A stretch of DNA of 39,711 bases, from positions 1 through 39,711 of IMG/VR virus record IMGVR_UViG_2531839665_000019. The stretch is one strand, 5' to 3'. Positions within the stretch are counted from its first letter, which is position 1. Each line of letters opens with the position of its first letter. The position numbers and the translations under genes were made by a program. This DNA is from a virus. Its lineage: Duplodnaviria > Heunggongvirae > Uroviricota > Caudoviricetes. Shown here piece by piece: positions 1 through 9,387 of this stretch. The notes under the pieces are model-generated. The model was not told the DNA's origin. It saw only the letters and a list, made by a program, of their open reading frames with translations, and searched no databases.

Positions 1-579
1 CTAATTACTGCTGGTCGCCATCGCTCGGATTGAGCGTAAATCATCCAGGTTGCTCAACCTCTCTTTCATCTCCCGCTGACGTTGATAAATCTCGTCGTTG
101 CGATCGACCTGCGCCTGCGCCATTGCTGCTGCCAGTTCTTCCAGTTCCGGCATCGACAGTTTCACCTGTTGATTATCGGCGTCACCCCACGCCATAACGT
201 CCCGCGCCGTGTCAGATTTCGCAGCCATTACCACAGGATAAAGACGGGCCATTGAGTCGGGGCCAGCATTCCAGGTACGACCGTTCCATTCGAACGTGAA
301 CGGCAGTGCTTCCTGTTCTGTTCGCCACGCCTCGATTTCCCGTTTTTTGGCATCTTTTGCCGCTGCGATAAGTTCCGGCGTGACGGTGAACGGGGCGATT
401 TCGCCCCATTTGCCGCTCTGCAACTCTTCCCAGATGCGCTGGCCTGTCGGTGCGGTATCGTCCTGCATGGCGGTATACGGGACGAATTCCCTTTCACCTT
501 CAAATAACACCTCGCAGTCAACCGCACCATTTTCAAGGTAATGCGCGTTTCTGATGCCTTTTACCGCTCTGATTTTCAT
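1..579 (-). CDS. tail fibre assembly/chaperone protein (second fibre module)
   Basis: 192 aa ORF directly downstream of the 628 aa fibre gene; ATG at 579 with GGGGA SD; stop at 1-3. Family assignment by position and size only. Confidence 0.55.
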   Translation of the reverse strand: MKIRAVKGIRNAHYLENGAVDCEVLFEGEREFVPYTAMQDDTAPTGQRIWEELQSGKWGEIAPFTVTPELIAAAKDAKKREIEAWRTEQEALPFTFEWNGRTWNAGPDSMARLYPVVMAAKSDTARDVMAWGDADNQQVKLSMPELEELAAAMAQAQVDRNDEIYQRQREMKERLSNLDDLRSIRAMATSSN

Positions 580-592
580 GTTTTATTCCCCG

Positions 593-2479
593 TTACTCGA
601 TGCGCACAAACAGGCAGATACGACCGCTTGTTCCGTAAGAGTCCCTGACCCCGGATAGCGCCATATAACGCCCCGGAAAAGTGTACCCTGTTGCTCCTGC
701 ACTTGGTGTTGAACCGTAAGAGCCAGGCCCAGCAGAAGATATTGTGCACGAAAGATTAACTCCGCCCAGTTGTGACCCCTGCACCACATCACCCAGGCCA
801 ATTTTGATTTCTTTATCCCCGGAAGTTGTTCCGCGATAAACGGCCAGCACCGGAACACCAATTCCCGGATACTGAAAATAAGCGCCACTTCCCGACATGG
901 TCGAAAGATGCTCACTTAACATGTTTGACGTCAGAGACAGATTTATGACTGAAGTCAGCCCCCACGTCACCTCCCCGTCAGCATATGCAGAGCTGTACTG
1001 TGCATAAAAAACAGACTGGTCAGAATTTGGCTGATATCTGCTGTAAAAAAATAATCCTTTGTCAGTTTTTGCTGGATTACCGGTACTCATCCCGGACGGA
1101 AAAAGCTTCACATCGACAATACCTATAAAACAATCGAGGTCTGGAAAAATTTTTGAATTGTACGAATAAATAAAATAACAACCCTCCGTGACGTTTTTTA
1201 CCCACTCAAGGAATTTTTCATCGGAATTAAAATCAAGGCGCTCAGATTGTCTGAACGCATAACCAAAACCAAAGGCACCAGGCAGTGCCAGCCTGCCCGG
1301 TGTGCGGTCGCGGATATCGCTCTGGGGTTCCATCGTCGCAGCCGCTTTCAGTTCAAGCTCCGTGCGCATGGCTTCAGGTGTGTCCAGTGCCAGTAATGCG
1401 CGGGCTTTTTCTGACAGCTGCGCCAGTAAAATCCGGCCCTCTGCACTGAAATAAGGCAGTGTGTTTTCTTCCGGTGTTATCTGGCTGACAGCCGTTAACA
1501 CGTCATTAAGCGGCTGTTTACCTGCCAGTGCTTTAGTGACCGTTGTCGCAAAGTTCGGGTCATGGCCCAGCGCCGCTGCCAGCTCATTCAGCGTGTCCAG
1601 GGCTTCCGGTGACGAGCCAACCAGCGCAGCAAGCAGTTTGCGGACAAACGCCGCGTTCGCCATCTCCAGCCCGGTCGCATCGTCCGGTGGTGTTGGTGTG
1701 GTTGGCGTACCTGTGAACGCCGGGCTGTCCAGCGGCGCTTTTGTTTTCGTCTCGTCCATGACGGTTTTGACAGCCATTGGTGTGGCAGCCAGTTCTTCGC
1801 TGTCGTTGTCTGTATCACTACAGAGTTGCACCAGACCTTTTTCTGTTGTGGAAGCATTGCTTCCCTTCAGGTCATCAACTATCCGTTGCGCCTCGTCCCT
1901 GTGCTGTTTCGCTTCCTGCGCATTGCCTGCGCTCGCATCCTGACTGGCTTTAGCCTGTCGGGCATATTCGGCAGCGTTATTTTCGCGGCCCAGTGCAACA
2001 TTTGCCGATTGCTCAGCACTGGTCGCCGCTGAAGATGCAGCATTCCGATGGAGACGGGCATTTTTGGCTGCATTAATGGCTTCACTCCTTGCAGTGTCTG
2101 ATGCCTGCTCGCTTTCCGCTGCCGCTTCCGCGCTCTGCTGTGCCTGTTGCGCCAGTTCCTCAAAGCGTTTCACTACATCTGGCTTTAAATCGCTTTCATC
2201 AAGGGCAGTCAGAAAGTCGTTCAGCGTGCCGGGCTTTGAATCGTCGTAAACCGAAATGTCACCCACGCAGCACTTAGGGCCGTTCTTTTGCTTGATGTGT
2301 ACGGTGTATTTGCCTTTTGGTGCTTCAAAGGCATACTGTCCCGCTACATCGGTTTCAATAACCGCAAATGATTCTGTGACCACTTCACTGGTATTAACCA
2401 GTGCATCTAAATAAATTTTGCATTCCGCCATCGGAACGCCAGCGCCATTAATCAGCGCCCCTGAAATTAATACAGACAT
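593..2479 (-). CDS. tail fibre protein (628 aa, prophage tail-fibre N-terminal type)
   Basis: N-terminal region and Ala/Gln-rich coiled segment typical of enterobacterial side tail fibres; contains KGLVQL...AATP..AVK motif; ATG at 2479 with GAGG SD. Confidence 0.8.
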   Translation of the reverse strand: MSVLISGALINGAGVPMAECKIYLDALVNTSEVVTESFAVIETDVAGQYAFEAPKGKYTVHIKQKNGPKCCVGDISVYDDSKPGTLNDFLTALDESDLKPDVVKRFEELAQQAQQSAEAAAESEQASDTARSEAINAAKNARLHRNAASSAATSAEQSANVALGRENNAAEYARQAKASQDASAGNAQEAKQHRDEAQRIVDDLKGSNASTTEKGLVQLCSDTDNDSEELAATPMAVKTVMDETKTKAPLDSPAFTGTPTTPTPPDDATGLEMANAAFVRKLLAALVGSSPEALDTLNELAAALGHDPNFATTVTKALAGKQPLNDVLTAVSQITPEENTLPYFSAEGRILLAQLSEKARALLALDTPEAMRTELELKAAATMEPQSDIRDRTPGRLALPGAFGFGYAFRQSERLDFNSDEKFLEWVKNVTEGCYFIYSYNSKIFPDLDCFIGIVDVKLFPSGMSTGNPAKTDKGLFFYSRYQPNSDQSVFYAQYSSAYADGEVTWGLTSVINLSLTSNMLSEHLSTMSGSGAYFQYPGIGVPVLAVYRGTTSGDKEIKIGLGDVVQGSQLGGVNLSCTISSAGPGSYGSTPSAGATGYTFPGRYMALSGVRDSYGTSGRICLFVRIE

Positions 2480-2493
2480 AGAGCCTCTGAATG

Positions 2494-2516
2494 ATAAAAA
2501 GCCGCCTGCTGGCGGC
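2494..2516 (-). terminator. putative intrinsic terminator between the two fibre modules
   Basis: Minus strand reads GCCGCC-AGCA-GGCGGC hairpin followed by TTTTTAT, lying between the Tfa stop (2525) and the next fibre start (2479). Confidence 0.45.
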
Positions 2517-2524
2517 TGTGGAAT

Positions 2525-3100
2525 TTATTCAAAGTCTGACCAGTCGATATCTGGTGCATTTTCCGGTTGAATACGATTTAACTTTATTCGTAATTTTCTG
2601 AGGGCTGTCAGTTGCTCCTGTTCCTCTGGTGTTGCTTCACCAAAATCAACAGCATCCTGTAAGATTGCGATTTGTTCTCCAGTCTGTTTCAGCAGGCTGG
2701 TTTTCTTTTCTGCCGCCTGATTAATCAGCGCATCACGCTTCGCCTCTTCATCCGTCACCCACTGACTGCCATCCCAGCGCTGGTATTCTCCGTCTGGTGC
2801 AATAAATGTGACATTTTCAGGAAGTTCCCCCAGTTCAGATATCGGGACTGCATTTCCGGTTTCTGTTGAATAAACCGTTTCCCCCCGATGGTCTTCAACC
2901 AGACGCCATGAATTGTCAGCAGTATCAAACATTGCTGTAAAACCTTCGGGGATTTCCGGCGGTACAATATCCGTACAGTTTGCGGGTAATCCGGTATGAG
3001 GCGGTATATAAGCGTCACCACTGCCGATAAATTCTTTTGTATCTTCAAGAAAATTAAATACACGAATGGTCCGTGCTTTATCGCTCATTTTAAAAGTCAT
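2525..3100 (-). CDS. tail fibre assembly protein (lambda Tfa-like)
   Basis: 191 aa; N-terminus FIGSGDAYIPPHTGLPANCTD and overall pattern match lambda-type Tfa chaperones. Confidence 0.8.
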   Translation of the reverse strand: MTFKMSDKARTIRVFNFLEDTKEFIGSGDAYIPPHTGLPANCTDIVPPEIPEGFTAMFDTADNSWRLVEDHRGETVYSTETGNAVPISELGELPENVTFIAPDGEYQRWDGSQWVTDEEAKRDALINQAAEKKTSLLKQTGEQIAILQDAVDFGEATPEEQEQLTALRKLRIKLNRIQPENAPDIDWSDFE

Positions 3101-4134
3101 TATGCAAGCCTCACAATATAGTTAAATGCGATGTTTTTGACGGTGTTTTCCGTATTGCCCGCAGCGTTAACGGTGATGGTGTGTCCGTGTGGACCAATAG
3201 CAACGGAGTGTGCATGTGCACCAATTGGAACGGCGTGCGCATGGTTACCTGTAGTGTTTGTGACACCAGACCAGGTTCTGGAAGCGTTAAAGTTTACAGG
3301 AACACCATAAGTAAAATTAGAACCCGTAAATCCATGGGCTGCCGCAGAGCCACCCAGTGTAAATGCTCCACTTGCTGTATAGAAATTACCGCTATCACTT
3401 CTGAAGTAACCGAGAGTACCGGTAATTTCCATAGTGCCTCGGTTGTGGTTATGGTCACCAGTGGCATTTGAAGACTTAGTACCATAATCAAACGACGACG
3501 TGGTTTTCGTCCCCAAATCCGTACTGGATGCACTGGCACTGTGGGCGTGTGATTTAATGCCGTCCTGCTCCTGAGACAATACAGCACGACCACTGGCAGG
3601 CTTACCCTTGATTGTCCAGCCCCGCATATCCGGGATAATCCCGGATGGGTAGACAGCTGCAAGTTTAGGGTAAGAGCCTTTATCAAAGCTCTGCCCCTGC
3701 ATTAAGGCATAGCCGGGTGGCACTGAATCAGACGGCCACGGTATTGGGGTACCTACCGGTAAAGCCACTCCCTGCAATTCTGTTATTTTTTCCGCCAGTG
3801 ATTTTACTGCCTTTGGTGTGGCTGCTTCCGTTTCTGAATCACTGTCTGTTGCGCTACTGAGCTGAACGATGCCTTTCTTCGTTAATGATGCGTCAGGAAC
3901 TTTTTCCCCGACATATTGCGATATAGCATCAATCAGTTGATTTTGTTTCTTCGGGTCCGGTGATATATCAGCCGCACGGAGCACATTAATAAGTTCCTGT
4001 TGCAGGTCTCGAATGGCTCCCTGCTGATTATTCATGTGTTCAGCATAAACAATAGTGCCCTCAATGCCCTGAGTGGGGTCACCATCGTGAAACAATTGAT
4101 CCGGCGTATTCACCGGAGGCATTAAATTCTGCAT
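3100..4134 (-). CDS. tail fibre protein with tail-collar-like C-terminal domain (344 aa)
   Basis: [25 protein letters not shown] motif, [11 protein letters not shown]...PDMRGW collar-like segment, His/Gly-rich C-terminus; start overlaps upstream stop (TAATG). Confidence 0.75.
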   Translation of the reverse strand: MQNLMPPVNTPDQLFHDGDPTQGIEGTIVYAEHMNNQQGAIRDLQQELINVLRAADISPDPKKQNQLIDAISQYVGEKVPDASLTKKGIVQLSSATDSDSETEAATPKAVKSLAEKITELQGVALPVGTPIPWPSDSVPPGYALMQGQSFDKGSYPKLAAVYPSGIIPDMRGWTIKGKPASGRAVLSQEQDGIKSHAHSASASSTDLGTKTTSSFDYGTKSSNATGDHNHNRGTMEITGTLGYFRSDSGNFYTASGAFTLGGSAAAHGFTGSNFTYGVPVNFNASRTWSGVTNTTGNHAHAVPIGAHAHSVAIGPHGHTITVNAAGNTENTVKNIAFNYIVRLA

Positions 4135-4706
4135 TACTGCTTATCCTCATACGTGAAATAACAGTCTGTAAAAGCCGGTTTAAGGTCTTTAAAGGTATTT
4201 TCTAAAATGGATTCACCAAAGGCCGTCAGCGGCTCACCTGTTGCAGATGCGCCCGTTCTGAAACGGTATACCGGCGTTTTTGCACCAATAACATTGACCT
4301 GCCATACCCAGCGCATTTCAGGGATAAACAGACGGTCACCGCAACGATTTACCCCGGTGCGAAAGGCTCGTGGTTCGGTTATCGTTATGGTGTATCCCAG
4401 GCTTGCGGCCAGATTTTTAAAATAGGGAATGGACAGCCCGCCCGTTGCCGCCATTTTTACCAGGATGTTCTGCCGCCGCTCCTGTTGGGTTGCCCCTTCA
4501 CGGGGGACAACACCGTACACGCGCTCCCAGTCGGACAGCGTCATCGATGCCTGCAACGGGGTGATTTGTGCCAGAACGCGCGCTGCTGAGGCCTTCACGG
4601 CCTCCATGACGTTAGCCTCGGCTGTCAGCTCCGCGGAAATATATTTCCCGTTCAGGTCATAACTGACCGGCGGCAGCATGGCGCGAAATAAATCGACCAT
4701 ATTCAT
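4134..4706 (-). CDS. tail protein, Mu gp48-like (P2 gpI-like)
   Basis: 190 aa ORF in the conserved baseplate block after the J-like gene; assignment by synteny. Confidence 0.55.
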   Translation of the reverse strand: MNMVDLFRAMLPPVSYDLNGKYISAELTAEANVMEAVKASAARVLAQITPLQASMTLSDWERVYGVVPREGATQQERRQNILVKMAATGGLSIPYFKNLAASLGYTITITEPRAFRTGVNRCGDRLFIPEMRWVWQVNVIGAKTPVYRFRTGASATGEPLTAFGESILENTFKDLKPAFTDCYFTYEDKQ

Positions 4707-4709
4707 GAA

Positions 4710-5789
4710 TCACCCCTCACGCGGAAAAGGCTGAATATCAATATTTCCGGGGCGCAACCATTCCCACGTTGACGCATTAATCACGGCTTTTACATTCCCG
4801 TCAGGCGTGATTATTTTTCTGTCACTCACACCGGAAATGAGTGAAATCTGGGTTTCCAGTTGTGAAATAATTAATTCCTGCCCCGGCTCCAGTCGGTTCA
4901 TAAAATCCGTGACAACGTCAGTTATCTGCGGTTTTATCTGCTCAACGGTCAGGCCGCTGGTTTTTACCCGGACAACGAAATCAACGGCTTTTTTCGTCGG
5001 AGCCAGTACCATCGTGTCCTTCGCTGTAACCGGGCGGACTTCCTCAATATGTGCCAGCACGGCATTGATCAGTTCCTGCGAGGGGAGGTCATTGGCTGAC
5101 GTAATGGCCACATCAACAGTACCTTTCCCTCTGCGCAATGGCTCCACATATGCAGACGTAACGCCATCCACCTCCAGCGCCCAGCGTTTGTAATCATATT
5201 TATTACCGCCAGCGGGCGGCCTGCGCAGAATATCCAGATAACGCGCCAGCAGGTCAGCGTCGCTTTCCCTGTCCGTTCCGCCGGTCAGGGATTTAATCGT
5301 CACCGTGCTGTTGATGCCTTCCGGCGGACTGACCAGCGTTGCCGTCTGCGTCGCGGATGCGTTCGTCTGTGCCCCCGTAGCGGTGCTTTTTACCGTCACC
5401 TCTGCGCTGCCTTCATCACCGATGGTGCAGTCTGCTGTGGTGGCCACGCTGACACCTTCACCACGAATTTCCGCACCGGCTGGCAGCGTCTTACCGGGTG
5501 TGCCGGTAATCACCACCGGACCGGATGAGGCCGTTGCTTTTTTACGAAAAACATTGCGCGTGCGGCAGTGTAGCTCCAGATATTCAGGGTCTGCCGTGTC
5601 AGGAAACACCTGACGGAGGATCCATCCCTGATGCATAAAAAGCCCCTCCGCCACGCCGGATACAGCATTTGCACGAATGCGGTAGTCGCTGTCAGCGCCA
5701 GTATCTATGGTTTCTCCCGGCAGAGCGTTAGCGATATCACGTAGCTGGCGTTCTGTGTTTTCAGCAACGCCCGGAACAGGAAACGGCAT
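4710..5789 (-). CDS. baseplate J-like protein (Mu gp47-like)
   Basis: 359 aa; size and position in the V-W-J baseplate block. Confidence 0.7.
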   Translation of the reverse strand: MPFPVPGVAENTERQLRDIANALPGETIDTGADSDYRIRANAVSGVAEGLFMHQGWILRQVFPDTADPEYLELHCRTRNVFRKKATASSGPVVITGTPGKTLPAGAEIRGEGVSVATTADCTIGDEGSAEVTVKSTATGAQTNASATQTATLVSPPEGINSTVTIKSLTGGTDRESDADLLARYLDILRRPPAGGNKYDYKRWALEVDGVTSAYVEPLRRGKGTVDVAITSANDLPSQELINAVLAHIEEVRPVTAKDTMVLAPTKKAVDFVVRVKTSGLTVEQIKPQITDVVTDFMNRLEPGQELIISQLETQISLISGVSDRKIITPDGNVKAVINASTWEWLRPGNIDIQPFPREG

Positions 5790-6139
5790 TACATAATCCT
5801 CACAGGGTGTTCAAACGTCTGCGGTGTGCCCGCGTTATCCGTGACGGTGATTAACAGCAACAGCCAGCCGCGCTGGCCCGCTTTCGTGTCAACGGTAATG
5901 GATTTTGCCCGCCCGTCATCAAGCAGGGGCTGAAGTGCCTGGCTGGCATACTGCGCCGCCAGCCTGTGAACACGGGAAACGTCTTTTTCCCGCTTCAGTT
6001 CGTGCAGGCGTGACCCCAGCGACGCATCCGCCCAGTAACTGCCAAGCGGTGTCGCCAGTCGCAGATAAACCGCGTTATGGAGTGTATAAATCCGGCGGCG
6101 TTCGTAGTCGCCGGTTGCAGATGAAATCGTCTGGTCCAT
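5789..6139 (-). CDS. baseplate protein, Mu gp46-like (GPW/gp25-like)
   Basis: 116 aa ORF between V-like and J-like genes; synteny. Confidence 0.55.
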   Translation of the reverse strand: MDQTISSATGDYERRRIYTLHNAVYLRLATPLGSYWADASLGSRLHELKREKDVSRVHRLAAQYASQALQPLLDDGRAKSITVDTKAGQRGWLLLLITVTDNAGTPQTFEHPVRIM

Positions 6140-6192
6140 GCCGCCAGTCTGGCAGCATGGGCAGGTCAGAATCAGGTGAGGGTGTTCAGCAC

Positions 6193-6846
6193 TTAATTAA
6201 CCGGCGTGTCAGACATGCCGTGTGGGGTCGGGTGTTTGTGCGTTCCGATTTTAACGCCATTAATGGTGACGTCAACGGAGGTAATCACACCACCCACATG
6301 GTTGATGTTGCCTTCAAAGGTGGCGGCGTATTTCTTGCCCCCACTGATGGCCATGCCACCGTTGCCGGTGATTTTACCTTCCACCGTCAGCTTATCGCTG
6401 GCCGTCAGTAACGGTGTCGTGAATGCGGCGTTCTCCTCTGCCTCAACCTCATAGCGTTTGCATTTCACCCGGTAAACGTCACATTCGGTTTCAACAATCC
6501 GCCCGCGCTTCAGTACGATTTTCGCGCCTTCGTCGGTATACAGGGCCACCTCGCCGGGTTTCAGTTCCGTCAGGCGATATGCGCCGTGCTCTGTGGCCAC
6601 GACGACGGTATGGGAGGTATTACCGTTCAGCGGAACGGCAATACCCATTGAGCCGGGCGGCGGGGATGTGGTGAGGCCGTAATGCTGGAAATACTCCGCA
6701 CCGTCCAGCTGTTCGCCTGCCAGCCCGTTCAGCTGAAGTAGCTGTACTTTGGTAGAACTGTCTACCGTACCGGTCACCACCCTGAATGCCTGGCGAACGG
6801 CGGCCAGTGCCTGCTGTATGCGCTGATTAACCTTGTCCCACATCAT
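6193..6846 (-). CDS. baseplate assembly protein V / spike (Mu gp45-like)
   Basis: 217 aa; position after the P-like gene; beta-rich Gly-rich C-terminus. Confidence 0.65.
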   Translation of the reverse strand: MMWDKVNQRIQQALAAVRQAFRVVTGTVDSSTKVQLLQLNGLAGEQLDGAEYFQHYGLTTSPPPGSMGIAVPLNGNTSHTVVVATEHGAYRLTELKPGEVALYTDEGAKIVLKRGRIVETECDVYRVKCKRYEVEAEENAAFTTPLLTASDKLTVEGKITGNGGMAISGGKKYAATFEGNINHVGGVITSVDVTINGVKIGTHKHPTPHGMSDTPVN

Positions 6847-8054
6847 TTCTCCCAGACCTTAACAATGGCGACCTCTTTTTTCTTTTTGCCCCTGCGGTGA
6901 TGGCGTTTCTTCTCGCGCGGGAAGGCATCAGGTATCCACACGCCATCCTCCTTAAAGCGGAGCCGGGTTGTCTGCCCGCTCCGGCCTCCGCTGAACTCAC
7001 GCCCCATCAGAAAAAAGATGGCATCGATGCCGTGGGGTTCGCTGACAATCCGCACACGCTGGCCGGGCTGCCACAGGACACCGTCCGCCGTGCGATGGCC
7101 TGCAACCAGTGCGACGATATCCAGCCCCGACAGGCGGGCATCACTCATCATTTTTTTGGCGCGCCAGTTCACCTGCTCCATGTTGCTGGTGTCGCCCTGG
7201 GTGATTATCTGCGGGCGGTAATAATCCACGGTGGGGTCGGTGGCCACGGCTTTCATGTTATGAATGCCTGTCTGACCACTGCCTGTATTACCGCTGTCCT
7301 GCCCGGATAATGTGCGCACGCTGCCGTCCTCGTTCCAGATATCCAGCGGCACCACGGCCACCTGTTTCTTGCTGTCTGCGCGGCGGGCGTGGCTCTGGGC
7401 CAGCACCGTCAGCTCGGAGAAACAGCCGTTAATGGACCGGGTATCGTCCAGCTCCATCACGTTGTTCCCGGTGCCGTCCAGCTTCATAATCAGTGTATCC
7501 ACCGGCGTGGTGGTGTAGTCAGGGCCACCCACAACCAGCGTCCCGTCAGGCTCAAACCACGGCCATAAGCCGCGACCGGCGGCAGCTTTAGCCAGTGCAT
7601 CCCACGCACGCATCCCCGGCTCTATAACGACCTTGTCATTACGTGACACACCGGACGCCTGAATACGGATGCGCTGTATCCCCAGCGGTCTGACAATCCT
7701 GTCGATGACCTCGTCCAGCGTCAGCTGATTGGCGCTGAACACCGGCGCGGCACAGTCCACCAGAATGGCGGCATCATCACGCCCGGACAGGGTCAGCGTG
7801 CAGCTCTGACGGGATACACTGCGGCGCACGCTGTCCACGCGCCCACTGAGCACCGTCTCGTCTCCCACCTGCAAACGGACCGGCGCACCCCGGACGATAT
7901 CCGCCGGGAACACCTTTTCAGGCAGTCCCAGCTGAAGCTGCCAGCCGTCGGCGGCTTTCAGGAAATCGCTGTCAATACGATAACTGCTCCAGTCAGAATG
8001 CGACCTTCCGGCAATGACCAGGCTGATTTTGTCGTCGTTATTTTGCATAGGCAT
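6843..8054 (-). CDS. tail/baseplate protein, Mu P-like (gp44)
   Basis: 403 aa ORF following the N-like gene; start uncertain (overlaps upstream stop). Confidence 0.65.
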   Translation of the reverse strand: MPMQNNDDKISLVIAGRSHSDWSSYRIDSDFLKAADGWQLQLGLPEKVFPADIVRGAPVRLQVGDETVLSGRVDSVRRSVSRQSCTLTLSGRDDAAILVDCAAPVFSANQLTLDEVIDRIVRPLGIQRIRIQASGVSRNDKVVIEPGMRAWDALAKAAAGRGLWPWFEPDGTLVVGGPDYTTTPVDTLIMKLDGTGNNVMELDDTRSINGCFSELTVLAQSHARRADSKKQVAVVPLDIWNEDGSVRTLSGQDSGNTGSGQTGIHNMKAVATDPTVDYYRPQIITQGDTSNMEQVNWRAKKMMSDARLSGLDIVALVAGHRTADGVLWQPGQRVRIVSEPHGIDAIFFLMGREFSGGRSGQTTRLRFKEDGVWIPDAFPREKKRHHRRGKKKKEVAIVKVWEK

Positions 8055-9387
8055 TAATCACCATCCCGGCGGTTATGTTGTTCGGGTCACGCAGCTGCGG
8101 GTTCAGACGTTGCAGCTCTGCCGCACGGCTGTAATCACCGTACCACTGCCACGCCAGCAACAGCAGACAGCTGTCCGCCTGCACCTGTTTCTGCGTCAGC
8201 GGTGGGCGGCGTGACAGAACCAGCAGGCCGACATCCTGCACGGATGCCGCCACGTTCTTCATGCTCTGAATGATTTCCGGGTACATCAGCCCCAGCGGTG
8301 ATGCGGTTTCGGTTATCCGTTCGCGTTCGCCTTCATAGCGTTCACGGAACAGCGTGATGGCTGCCTGTAAGCGGGTGCGCACATCCCCGACCAGTCGCCC
8401 GATATCCGCCGGTATAAGCTGTTCTGACTGGGCTTCATCGGACAGTATCGCTGTCGCCACGCTGGCCAGCTCTGAGGCCGCCAGAACCGCATAAGCCGCT
8501 TTCACGTCCTGTACGTCTTCCACGGACGCATCCGGCGGAAGTGCCACAGACGGCGTTTTATCACCGCTGACCAGTGCGACCGGCAGCGCGACCAGCTCAT
8601 CCATATCTGCCATCACCTCATTCCAGCAGGTCATCACTGTCGCAGAACTGGCGACGCTGTCTTCTCCGGTCAGTCCGGTCGTGGTGGCGGAATCAGTACG
8701 TTCCAGCACCGGCACCGCGTGCCCGACATCTGACGTGTGGATTTCCAGCACCTCTGCCAGCCCGCCAATAAATTTCCCGGGTTCGCTGGCCAGCGACATC
8801 ATATTGTCGATGGATGAGAGAAAATCGCTTTTGAACGTCAGCAGGGTATTTACCAGTGTGGCGCGCACTGTCTGGATTTTTTTAATCACGCTGTTAATGG
8901 TCTTTAAAGGGGCTGTAACAGCGTCAAATAATTCGCTTAACTGCGCCAGTAACTTATCCAGTTCTTCAAATAACTGCTGTGCAAACAGCTCCGGTAACGG
9001 GGTGCTGAACAACGCGCTGCCGGTGCGGTTCTCCAGAAAACTCATGTCGATGGTGCAGCTGTCCGGGCTTTCTGCGTCATGGCGAATGCTGTAGCCGGTC
9101 ACAATCACCGACGGTACGGAGCCGAAAACCGGGTGAATCAGCTCACCATCGCCGCCTTTATCCAGGGCGGCGATCAGCTTTTCAAGTTTATATTCGTAAT
9201 ACTCCCCCCACAGGAACGCCGTCATGCGGAACGGTCGCGCCTTGCGTCCGAGGTCGTGCAAATCTGCCCCGTCAACAAACGGGTATTCATAGACCGCATG
9301 GTCGCGGCTGATTTGTTCGTCCGTGTTCAGTACGTCAAACTGCACACCGCGAAAGGAGGCGTTTTGCAGGTTTTCAGCCCAGCCCAT
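8038..9387 (-). CDS. DNA circularisation protein N-like (Mu gp43)
   Basis: 449 aa ORF immediately downstream of tape measure, as in Mu. Confidence 0.7.
   Translation of the reverse strand: MGWAENLQNASFRGVQFDVLNTDEQISRDHAVYEYPFVDGADLHDLGRKARPFRMTAFLWGEYYEYKLEKLIAALDKGGDGELIHPVFGSVPSVIVTGYSIRHDAESPDSCTIDMSFLENRTGSALFSTPLPELFAQQLFEELDKLLAQLSELFDAVTAPLKTINSVIKKIQTVRATLVNTLLTFKSDFLSSIDNMMSLASEPGKFIGGLAEVLEIHTSDVGHAVPVLERTDSATTTGLTGEDSVASSATVMTCWNEVMADMDELVALPVALVSGDKTPSVALPPDASVEDVQDVKAAYAVLAASELASVATAILSDEAQSEQLIPADIGRLVGDVRTRLQAAITLFRERYEGERERITETASPLGLMYPEIIQSMKNVAASVQDVGLLVLSRRPPLTQKQVQADSCLLLLAWQWYGDYSRAAELQRLNPQLRDPNNITAGMVINAYAK

Noticed and set aside
1-4134. Mu G-segment-like invertible tail-fibre region
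   Set aside because: Both fibre/chaperone pairs are on the same strand and I see no flanking inverted repeats or invertase within the window; an invertible segment would have oppositely oriented alternative genes.
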